DNA from: Pseudobdellovibrionaceae bacterium
Lineage (GTDB): Bacteria > Bdellovibrionota > Bdellovibrionia > Bdellovibrionales > Bdellovibrionaceae
Direction: 5' to 3'
Assembly (NCBI GenBank): GCA_039810425.1
Contig: JBDHWW010000067.1
Location: forward strand, 1 to 14,671
Length of the DNA: 14,671 bases
The translations under genes were made by a program, and so were the position numbers. The notes under the pieces were generated by a model, which ran no database searches, was not told the origin of the DNA, and saw only the letters and a program-made list of their open reading frames with translations. Shown one piece after another: positions 1 to 6,950 of the stretch (position 1 is its first letter; the number at the start of each line of letters is the position of its first letter).

Positions 1-5
1 GATCG

Positions 6-99
6 CTTCGGGGCGAAGGGGCTTGGACGCCCAGTCGCTTACTTCGCGATGGCCGTCCGTCCATGGGAACGGGGCTGACCGACCCTCCTGGTCGGCCAG
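6..99. repeat. Cluster of GC-rich REP-like palindromes upstream of a Y1-transposase remnant
   Basis: Hairpins CTTCG-ggg-CGAAG (6-18) and CTGACCGACC-ctcct-GGTCGGCCAG (75-99, 9/10 pairs). The 12-mer GGGCTTGGACGC (19-30) recurs exactly at 14433-14444. Confidence 0.45.
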
Positions 100-162
100 G
101 CTCGGTAGAGGGGAACGGTTTTTTTTGGCTGAGTGTTTGGGAATATTCTTTTTTGGGGTTTT

Positions 163-297
163 ATGCGACAACTGGGGTTTGGGTTTACTGGGGACTATAA
201 GAAAGAATTTGGTGGGAGCTTACTATCTGGGAAAAGGAAAACGGCCCGTCCGCTTTCGCTAAGACATCCGATTCATCTTTATGAGGTTTCACTGAAC
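163..297 (+). pseudogene. 5' fragment of a Y1 (HUH)/RAYT-like transposase-family protein, truncated
   Basis: ATG at 163 gives MRQLGFGFTGDYKKEFGGSLLSGKRKTARPLSLRHPIHL. This resembles the GGSL..GKRKxARPL....PxHL N-terminus of Y1-type transposase-like proteins that I recall from Bdellovibrionota/Myxococcota. The resemblance stops near 280, the frame runs into the repeat at 298 and stops at 327, and no HUH or Tyr motif is present. Confidence 0.55.
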
Positions 298-396
298 TGG
301 CCGCCTATCATGAACTCAATGATTTAGAGGGGCGCGGGCTTCTGGTGAGAAAGAAGAAAATGAAACGCCCGGGATAATAGTAGCTGCGAGGCCCTC
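298..396 (+). repeat. 99-bp block A, inverted repeat of 14499-14597
   Basis: Ungapped manual alignment to the reverse complement of 14499-14597 gives 92/99 identity, with sharp boundaries at TGGCCGCC and GAGGCCCTC. Confidence 0.95.
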
Positions 397-398
397 CC

Positions 399-770
399 CG
401 GCGCGGGCGCCTTTTAAAACGGAGAGCTCTTTCTAGAAAGAAGTACGGTTTTAGGAAAGATGAGAGGGCTAAAGCCAGAAAAGAGCTCTTCACAGAGCTT
501 AAACAACACATTGTCAAAGAGGCCCTTATAAAATCCGACCAGGCTCCGATGTATCCACCAGATATCAGATGCCACTTTCCCGCGGCAACTCATAAGACCT
601 ATAAAGGAAGAAGGGGCTGTGTGGTGGGACAGGGAGAGCTTAAGGCCATCGGCTTTGATCCTATTTTTAGTTTAAATCACACCTTTGCCATGATGAGGGC
701 AAATATCAATAGACTCTTTAGAAGAACCTGGAACACGACCAAGAAGCCTGAGAGGCTTGATCTGCTTCAT
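399..770 (+). pseudogene. Internal/C-proximal fragment of an IS1-like DDE-type transposase
   Basis: The frame is open from a stop at 381: ...GRL..LSRKKYGFRKDER...ALIKSDQAPMYP...SLNHTFAMMRANINRLFRRTWNTTKKPERL. SD...Y and R..I.RL.RRT....KK resemble IS1-family InsB motifs. The N-terminus and the final ~16 residues are missing. Confidence 0.65.
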
Positions 771-795
771 ATCAACAGCGTAAGGGATCAGTTTT
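768..795 (+). repeat. 28-bp block B, inverted repeat of 14348-14375
   Basis: CATATCAACAGCGTAAGGGATCAGTTTT versus reverse complement CATATCAACAGCGCAAGGGATCAGTTTT: 27/28 identical. Confidence 0.93.
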
Positions 796-814
796 AGAGA
801 TTTTTGAGTCTCGA

Positions 815-982
815 TTGAGATTTCTGATCGAAGCTGAGACTCGTAAACTCTTTGGTCTGGGCATAAAAAAAAACGTTAAGAAATCCGAAAATTCAAACGA
901 TAATGACTTCATGTGGACCAAAGCGGGCTTCGTATTACTTTTCATCATTTGTCTTGTACTCCAGTTCATATACTGGAGCTAA
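815..982 (+). CDS. Possible small membrane protein or 3' remnant of a gene, with a C-terminal transmembrane helix
   Basis: Open frame from TTG 815 (alternative ATG 911) ending ...FMWTKAGFVLLFIICLVLQFIYWS* (TAA 980-982). It is below the ORF-track cutoff and has no clear RBS. Confidence 0.3.
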   Translation: MRFLIEAETRKLFGLGIKKNVKKSENSNDNDFMWTKAGFVLLFIICLVLQFIYWS

Positions 983-1120
983 ATAACTTCATTTCCGGGA
1001 TATTTATTATTTATAACAAGGACTATGCCTCATTCCTTTTTGTGGAAAGCTAGGGTGGAGTCTCGTTTTGATACAACCAATTCAGAGGTTTTTTATGGCC
1101 ACAGGGTCACTGCAAACAGG

Positions 1121-2533
1121 TCACATCTGACGTTGGCGTTTTTCTACTGCTAAAGCGGCCTCGCGAACGGCTTCGCTCAAAGTCGGGTGAGCATGGAATG
1201 ACCTTGCGAGATCCTCACTGCTGCCACCGAACTCCATGCAAACAACGACTTCATGGATCAATTCAGAAACTCCCGGGCCCACCAAGTGAGCACCCAAGAT
1301 TTTATCTGTGCGTTTATCCGCGATGATTTTTACAAAACCCTCCGTGAAACCTTTCGCCCGCGCACGGCCATTCGCTAAAAATGGGAACTTGCCGATCGCG
1401 ATTTCAAGACCTTGAGCTTTGCATTGCTCCTCCGTCAAACCGACAGAGGCGATTTCAGGATGGGTGTAGATAATGCCCGGAACCGTGTCGTAGTTCACGT
1501 GACCAGCATGACCCGCCAGCATTTCGGCCAGAGCAACACCTTCTTCTTCCGCTTTATGCGCAAGCATTGGACCGGCAACCACGTCACCGACGGCAAAGAT
1601 ACCCGGAACCGTTGTTTGATAATGTTTATCAATCACGATGCGGCCTTGCGGGTCTTTTTGAATACCGACTTCTTCGCAACCAAGACCTGTCGAGAAAGCT
1701 TTACGGCCTGTGGCCACCAGAACTATATCCGTGGTCATGGTTTGTGATTTGCCGTCAGCCAAGGCTTCAGAGGTCACCTCAACGCCTTTGACGGAGGTTT
1801 TAGAGCCCGTTACTTTAGTTGAGAGCAGGAACTTCACGCCGGCTTTTTCCATATTCTTCTTAAGAACCGTCATGCAATCTTGGTCCATCGCGCCGCCGAG
1901 ACGATCGGCGTACTCGATGATAGTCACTTCAGAACCAAGGCGCTGCCACACGGAGCCGAGTTCGAGACCGATCACGCCGCCGCCGACAACGATCATCGTC
2001 TTTGGAACTTTTGAAAGGGCCAGGGCGCCCGTGTTAGAAACAATTTTCTGTTCGTCGAACTTCAAAAAGGGCAATTCAACCGGAACAGAACCGGTTGCGA
2101 TCATAATGTACTTTGTCGTGATGACTTGCTTTGAACCATCAGCCGTCGTCACTTCAACAGAGCCTGCTTTCAGAATTTTACCGAAGCCTTGGAAAGACGT
2201 GATCTTATTTTTCTTAAACAAGAAAGCGATCCCTTCGGTGTTTTGTTTTACCACCTTGTCTTTACGGGACATCATGGTCGGCAAATCAAGTTCCACTTTG
2301 CTGAGCTTGATACCGTGGCCGGCAAAATCGTGTTGGGCCGCTTCGTAGTGCTCCGAGCTTTCAAGCAACGCTTTGGAAGGGATGCAGCCGACATTCAGGC
2401 AGGTGCCGCCGAAAGTTTTATCTTTTTCGATCACCGCCGTTTTGAATCCCAACTGCGCGGCACGGATCGCGCCGACATAGCCGCCAGGACCAGAGCCGAT
2501 AACGACAAGATCAAATTGAGTAGAATCCGACAT
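1121..2533 (-). CDS. lpdA: Dihydrolipoamide dehydrogenase (E3)
   Basis: FAD motif GSGPGG, redox disulfide GGTCLNVGCIPSK, NAD motif GGGVIGLE and C-terminal HAHPTLSE. Start placed at MSDSTQFDLVV (2533), which has an AGGGA RBS; 470 aa. Confidence 0.97.
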   Translation of the reverse strand: MSDSTQFDLVVIGSGPGGYVGAIRAAQLGFKTAVIEKDKTFGGTCLNVGCIPSKALLESSEHYEAAQHDFAGHGIKLSKVELDLPTMMSRKDKVVKQNTEGIAFLFKKNKITSFQGFGKILKAGSVEVTTADGSKQVITTKYIMIATGSVPVELPFLKFDEQKIVSNTGALALSKVPKTMIVVGGGVIGLELGSVWQRLGSEVTIIEYADRLGGAMDQDCMTVLKKNMEKAGVKFLLSTKVTGSKTSVKGVEVTSEALADGKSQTMTTDIVLVATGRKAFSTGLGCEEVGIQKDPQGRIVIDKHYQTTVPGIFAVGDVVAGPMLAHKAEEEGVALAEMLAGHAGHVNYDTVPGIIYTHPEIASVGLTEEQCKAQGLEIAIGKFPFLANGRARAKGFTEGFVKIIADKRTDKILGAHLVGPGVSELIHEVVVCMEFGGSSEDLARSFHAHPTLSEAVREAALAVEKRQRQM

Positions 2534-2707
2534 AGGTAGTTCCCTTTTTAGAGTGAATAGTCCCTTTTCGGTATACGCTATTTGCACCTCTTTGGCACGC
2601 GGGAAGCTTTGCATTACGGACTTGTGGGGGGATGGGCCTTCAGCTTCGACCAGACCTAGGCCTCAGCCCAAATCCTGTTCCCAAGGCCACGGGCTCTTGT
2701 TAGACTT

Positions 2708-3250
2708 TTGAGTGTGCAAAAACTGATTTCTTACTATGCAAATGACAAGGCTTCCTTCTCTCTGGAAGCCGAGATTCACCTCGCAGGCCCAGAGCTTGTA
2801 CTCGAGTTTAGTTTGACAGACCCTCAGGGGCTCTTCGAGCTGCCTAAAACGACGGCCGAGTGGAGCGGATCGCAAGTAGCCCGCCAAGACGGCCTCTGGC
2901 AAACGACCTGCTTTGAGGCTTTCTTGCAACCGTCAGGGCAGAGCAAATACTACGAATTCAACTTTGCCCTGAATCCGGCATGGAATAGCTATGAGTTTGC
3001 CACTTATCGCGAGCCACAGCCGCCCAAGGCCACAGCGGACTTTAATTTGAGAGCGGTGAGCTGGAGTTCCGAGCAAAAGCACTTGATCGTGCGCCTTGAA
3101 AACCAAAGTGGTGTCACGAAATTCCATGCGGGCCTCACGGCGATCTTACAGGAAAAGTCTGGCATTAAGCACTACTATGCAGCCGCGCACAGGGGGCCGA
3201 AACCGGATTTCCATTTACCTGAAAGCTTTATTCTGCAACGGGGATCATAA
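2708..3250 (+). CDS. DOMON-like domain protein (murB-associated type)
   Basis: Motifs R.DGLWQTTCFEAFL, YYEFNF...WNSY.F..YR and YYAAAH...KPDFH..ESF. The start may be GTG 2714. Confidence 0.8.
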   Translation: MSVQKLISYYANDKASFSLEAEIHLAGPELVLEFSLTDPQGLFELPKTTAEWSGSQVARQDGLWQTTCFEAFLQPSGQSKYYEFNFALNPAWNSYEFATYREPQPPKATADFNLRAVSWSSEQKHLIVRLENQSGVTKFHAGLTAILQEKSGIKHYYAAAHRGPKPDFHLPESFILQRGS

Positions 3251-3252
3251 CA

Positions 3253-4446
3253 ATGAAAATGGGTTTGGAAGTTCTCTTAGAAGACAAAAAGTTGGTTCAA
3301 AGTTTAAAGAAAAAACGCGTGGCGCTGGTCTGCCATCCGGCGAGCGTTGATAGCAAACTGCGCCACAGCTTTGATGTGCTTCATCAGAAAATCGGCTTGG
3401 CATCGGCCTTTGGCCCCCAGCACGGGGTGAAGGGCGAAAAACAAGACAATATGATCGAGAGTTCCGATTTCCTTCATGCGGAATATAAAATTCCGGTGTT
3501 CTCGCTGTACGGCGAAGTCCGCAGCCCCAGCCCGAAGATGATGGAGACGTTCGATGTGGTTCTTTTTGATCTGCAAGATCTCGGTTGCCGCATTTACACG
3601 TTCATCACGACATTGCTGTATGTGATGCAAGAGTGTGCGAAGTATAAAAAGCAGATGATTGTTCTGGATCGCCCGAATCCCGCGGGCCGCCCGATTGAAG
3701 GCTACTCTTTGCGTCCAGGTTGGGAATCGTTCGTCGGCGCGGCCGAGTTTCCGATGCGTCATGGACTGACTGGTGGTGAGATGGCTTTGTACTACAAAGA
3801 CCGATTCAATCTTGCGGTGGATTTAAAGATCATTAAAATGAAAGGCTACAACCCGGGTAAGAAGCCGGGCTTTGGCTGGCCGCCGGATCGTTCGTGGGTG
3901 AATCCCTCACCGAATGCGCCAACACTGAATATGGCGCGGACCTACCCTGGCACCGTGATGATCGAAGGGACGACTTTGAGCGAGGGCCGCGGGACGACGC
4001 GTGCGTTGGAACAAGTCGGGGCGAGTGATGTGGACTTTGGGGCGGTGATGAACCTGATGCGAAAAAAGGCGCCACAATGGTTGAAGGGCGTGGTCCTCCG
4101 TGAATGCTATTTCGAGCCGACCTTCCATAAACACGAGAAAAAACTTTGCCACGGTTTCATGTTTCATACGGACTTACCAGAATACAAACACGAGCAATTC
4201 AAGCCGTATCGGATTATGGCCTTGATGTTGAAGAGTCTCCGCGAGCTTTATCCGGGCTATAATCTCTATCGTGATTTTGCTTACGAGTACACCGTGGGGA
4301 AACTGCCGTTTGATGTGATCAACGGGGGGGCGGAACTGCGCGAGTGGATTGAGAATCCGAAAGCAAAACCAGCGGACCTTGATCAGGCTCTAAAAAAAGA
4401 CGAGCAGGCGTGGGCGAAGACCCGTAAAAAGTATTTGTTGTATTAG
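3253..4446 (+). CDS. namZ: Exo-beta-N-acetylmuramidase NamZ family (DUF1343/YbbC)
   Basis: Motifs FGPQHG..G, SLYG, FDLQDLGCRIYTFITT, LDRPNP, PMRHGLT.GE, WVNPSPN.P and EGT.LSEGRGTT. No signal peptide. Confidence 0.9.
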   Translation: MKMGLEVLLEDKKLVQSLKKKRVALVCHPASVDSKLRHSFDVLHQKIGLASAFGPQHGVKGEKQDNMIESSDFLHAEYKIPVFSLYGEVRSPSPKMMETFDVVLFDLQDLGCRIYTFITTLLYVMQECAKYKKQMIVLDRPNPAGRPIEGYSLRPGWESFVGAAEFPMRHGLTGGEMALYYKDRFNLAVDLKIIKMKGYNPGKKPGFGWPPDRSWVNPSPNAPTLNMARTYPGTVMIEGTTLSEGRGTTRALEQVGASDVDFGAVMNLMRKKAPQWLKGVVLRECYFEPTFHKHEKKLCHGFMFHTDLPEYKHEQFKPYRIMALMLKSLRELYPGYNLYRDFAYEYTVGKLPFDVINGGAELREWIENPKAKPADLDQALKKDEQAWAKTRKKYLLY

Positions 4447-4455
4447 GAGTTTGAT

Positions 4456-5016
4456 ATGTTTCGTGGAATCCTGGTTCTTTCGCTTTTAAGTTCAGTTGTA
4501 AATGCCCAGATGGAAAAACGTGGTGTGGCGGAAACTCGTCAAGAACAAGACCAAATCCAGCGCGAGCGCGAACGGGGCATGCATTTACGCGCGCGACCCG
4601 AGACACCGTGGCCGGCTCAAGAAAGCGGCCCGGGATTTTATCCAACGCAAAGCCGTCAGACAGGCTCGGGGGGCGTATTTAAAGCGTCCGAGCCGGGCTT
4701 AAACTTTACGAACGACATTCGCTGGTCCTTTGGCTGTTCCGGCGAAGGCGTAGTGGGAGTGATCCCGGCGAAATTTAAGAACGTCACTTGGAAAATCAAA
4801 GGCAAGGCGCCGACGACGAACATCGATAAAGGCATCACGCAGACAGACCAAGGGGGCCTTGCAGTGGTGGTCATCAAATCGAATCTAAAAGACCTTTCCG
4901 AGGTTCCCTTCGAGCTGACCATTGAGGGACAAACAAAAACCGTGGTTGCGGGAACGGGTCCCTATGTGTTCTTGGATCTACCCATGTCCGCTTGCGTGTC
5001 AGCAAAGTCGAAGTAA
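4456..5016 (+). CDS. Secreted hypothetical protein, beta-rich/Ig-like C-terminal region, 2 Cys
   Basis: AGGAG RBS at 4445-4449, signal peptide MFRGILVLSLLSSVVNA-Q, and a position 9 nt after the namZ stop. Confidence 0.8.
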   Translation: MFRGILVLSLLSSVVNAQMEKRGVAETRQEQDQIQRERERGMHLRARPETPWPAQESGPGFYPTQSRQTGSGGVFKASEPGLNFTNDIRWSFGCSGEGVVGVIPAKFKNVTWKIKGKAPTTNIDKGITQTDQGGLAVVVIKSNLKDLSEVPFELTIEGQTKTVVAGTGPYVFLDLPMSACVSAKSK

Positions 5017-5129
5017 GCTGTGAAAATTCACGCTGACGCAAAAGTGTTTAGAGTGTTTTTTACCACCTTTAGAAAAATCCGCGATCGAGAAGTCACTTAA
5101 ATTTCTCAATAAAGCAATCTGCGATTCAT

Positions 5130-5178
5130 ATTCCTTACGGAGAGTATTGGGGCTACACAAACCACTCATCTAAGGAGT
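5130..5178 (+). promoter_or_regulatory. Candidate RBS-sequestering hairpin (possible RNA thermometer) of hsp20
   Basis: ATTCCTTA (5130-5137) can pair over 8 bp with TAAGGAGT (5171-5178, contains the SD). Inner pairing GAGT (5142-5145)/ACTC (5164-5167). Confidence 0.4.
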
Positions 5179-5182
5179 CTTT

Positions 5183-5740
5183 ATGCGCACCCCAATACAA
5201 AGAAATCGTCGTGAACTCTCATCACTGCAAGATCGCCGTGATCTTTTTTCTCGCTTTGGCGAGTTTTTTAACGACTGGGACCGAGATGTCTTTCAAGGCC
5301 GCGGCCTTGAGCGTTTAGAAAAAGATTTGGAGCGCACGGATTTTTCTCCCTCTGTGGATGTCGAAGAGAACGACGAGATGTTCCTGGTCTCTGCGGACAT
5401 TCCCGGTGTTAAAAAAGAAGATATGAAAATTGATATCAATGGTAACATGTTACGGCTGACGGGCGAACGTAAACGCGAAATCAAGGAAGAAGGCTATTAT
5501 GAGCGCTCTTCCGGCAGATTCTCACGCAGCTTTACTCTGCCTGAAAATGTCGATGCGGGTAAAATCGAAGCCCACTTTGAAGACGGCGTTCTGAGAATCG
5601 TTTTGCCAAAAACCGAAGTCAAAGGAGCTCAAGAGATCAAGGTTCAAAGTGGCCAGTCTCAAGGCCTCATTGACCGTTTCTTGCATAGAGAGAAAACCGT
5701 GAAAACGGAAGTCAAAGACAAAGAGAAGGAAAAACACTAA
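5183..5740 (+). CDS. Hsp20/alpha-crystallin small heat-shock protein
   Basis: PSVDVEE...ADIPGVKKED...GERK...ERSSGRFSRSFTLP.NVDA..IEAHFEDGVLRIVLPK, C-terminal IKV motif and strong AAGGAG RBS. Confidence 0.95.
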   Translation: MRTPIQRNRRELSSLQDRRDLFSRFGEFFNDWDRDVFQGRGLERLEKDLERTDFSPSVDVEENDEMFLVSADIPGVKKEDMKIDINGNMLRLTGERKREIKEEGYYERSSGRFSRSFTLPENVDAGKIEAHFEDGVLRIVLPKTEVKGAQEIKVQSGQSQGLIDRFLHREKTVKTEVKDKEKEKH

Positions 5741-5744
5741 ACGA

Positions 5745-5766
5745 AAAGGGCCCTCAAGGGCCCTTT
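5745..5766. terminator. Perfect hairpin after hsp20 (probable intrinsic terminator, possibly bidirectional)
   Basis: AAAGGGCCC-tcaa-GGGCCCTTT, 4 nt after the hsp20 stop codon. Confidence 0.75.
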
Positions 5767-5779
5767 GATTTGGGAACTT

Positions 5780-6433
5780 ATGGATCGCTTTCAAAACCGC
5801 AAAGAGGCCGGACGGCTGCTCGCGGAACAGTTACTGGTTTTTAAAAAAGACAAGCCGCTGATTCTCGCTATTCCGCGAGGCGGCGTTCCCGTGGCGGTCG
5901 AGGTCGCTCGGCGGCTCGGGGCGGATTTGGATTTGATGTTTGTGAAAAAGATCGGGGCTCCGATGAATCCGGAGCTTGCGATTGGCGCTATCTGTGAAGA
6001 CGGCCGCCCTTGGCTCAATAGCCGGATTGTCGGTCTGCTCGGGATTAAAACAGCGGCACTTAAAGAACTGTCGGACGAGAAGAGCGAAGAGGTCCGTACG
6101 CAAGCACGGCGTTTGCGGGGCTCGCGTCCGTCAATCCCGGTCGCGGGACGAACTTTGATTCTGATTGACGACGGTATTGCCACCGGTGCAACTTTGCTGG
6201 CGGCAATTCATTTGCTGCGTACGCAAAACCCCGGGAAAATTATCGTTGCCGTCCCTGTGGCTCCCGCCGCCGGTATTGAAGAGATCGAGAAGAACTCAGA
6301 TGGGGTGATATGCTTAAAAACGCCGTATTATTTTTATGCTGTGGGGGATTGGTACGTCGATTTTCCTCAAGTTCCCGACCGCGAAGTTCTTCGCTTGCTA
6401 CAACCGCCGGCGGAACAAGAGATTCATCCCTAG
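5780..6433 (+). CDS. Phosphoribosyltransferase, COG1926/Rv0571c-like
   Basis: F.NR.EAGRLLA, LAIPRGGVPVA, KKIGAP.NPELAIGA, PRPP-binding loop LIDDGIATGAT and AVG.WY.DF.QV. Start ATG 5780. Confidence 0.92.
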   Translation: MDRFQNRKEAGRLLAEQLLVFKKDKPLILAIPRGGVPVAVEVARRLGADLDLMFVKKIGAPMNPELAIGAICEDGRPWLNSRIVGLLGIKTAALKELSDEKSEEVRTQARRLRGSRPSIPVAGRTLILIDDGIATGATLLAAIHLLRTQNPGKIIVAVPVAPAAGIEEIEKNSDGVICLKTPYYFYAVGDWYVDFPQVPDREVLRLLQPPAEQEIHP

Positions 6434-6474
6434 TTTAAGATTGCTTTTCCTTTTGCGCTGGCCGATAAATTCTC

Positions 6475-6816
6475 ATGCCTTTTGTCGTCAATATGATCAT
6501 CTCTGCCAGTGTTATTAGCTTTTGTGTGTGGCTCTCGAACCGTTCGCCGAGTCTTGCGGGCTTCGTGATTTCTCTGCCTATTTCGACATTGCTCGTGTTA
6601 GCCCTGACGCAGATTCAGAGCGGCGATAGCGGTAACGGCGTAGCACTTGCCAAGAGCGTGTTTATCGCGGTTCCAGCTTCGCTAGTCTTCTTTATTCCCT
6701 TCTTACTTTCAGAACGTTTGAAGCTGTCTTTCTGGGTTTGTTATGGCTCAGGCATCGTGCTTCTGGGGTTCGCATATTTTATTCATAAATATCTATTCGG
6801 ACTTCTTTCAAAGTAA
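6475..6816 (+). CDS. DUF3147-family small membrane protein
   Basis: 113 aa with about 4 hydrophobic helices and the pattern IISA.VI....LS.RSP.LAGF..SLP..T.L. Confidence 0.75.
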   Translation: MPFVVNMIISASVISFCVWLSNRSPSLAGFVISLPISTLLVLALTQIQSGDSGNGVALAKSVFIAVPASLVFFIPFLLSERLKLSFWVCYGSGIVLLGFAYFIHKYLFGLLSK

Positions 6817-6865
6817 TGGAAGTCGCTAAGAATCACAGATGAATTTATTTCGCTTCATTGTCTTC

Positions 6866-6904
6866 GGGACCTTTAACAGCATTTCCTGTTCAGGTCCCAT
6901 TTTT
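6866..6904 (+). terminator. Imperfect hairpin with T-tract between convergent DUF3147 and sucB
   Basis: GGGACCT-tt-AACAG-catttc-CTGTT-c-AGGTCCC followed by ATTTTT. Confidence 0.55.
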
Positions 6905-6936
6905 CGAGGCTCGGCGGCCTCACTGCGAGGCTCGGC
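6905..6936. repeat. 11-bp direct repeat with internal hairpin (REP-like)
   Basis: CGAGGCTCGGC at 6905-6915 and 6926-6936; GCCTC (6917-6921)/GAGGC (6927-6931) stem. Confidence 0.5.
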
Positions 6937-6950
6937 CCGTTAGACACCCC

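Larger units (their letters stand above)
298..795 (+). mobile_element. Defective IS-like element, left copy (99-bp block + IS1-like transposase fragment + 28-bp block)
   Basis: Both end blocks are repeated in inverted orientation at 14499-14597 and 14348-14375, and the interior encodes a transposase-like fragment. Confidence 0.7.

Noticed and set aside
298..790. Terminal inverted repeats TGGCCGCCTAT / TGATCCCTTAC
   Set aside because: Only about half the positions match. TG...CA ends are possible but not supportable.
1412..2539. Long plus-strand ORFs opposite lpdA
   Set aside because: Antisense shadows of a conserved gene with no recognisable motifs.
5017..5182. CIRCE or ROSE element upstream of hsp20
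   Set aside because: No TTAGCACTC-N9-GAGTGCTAA, and no U(U/C)GCU opposite the SD.
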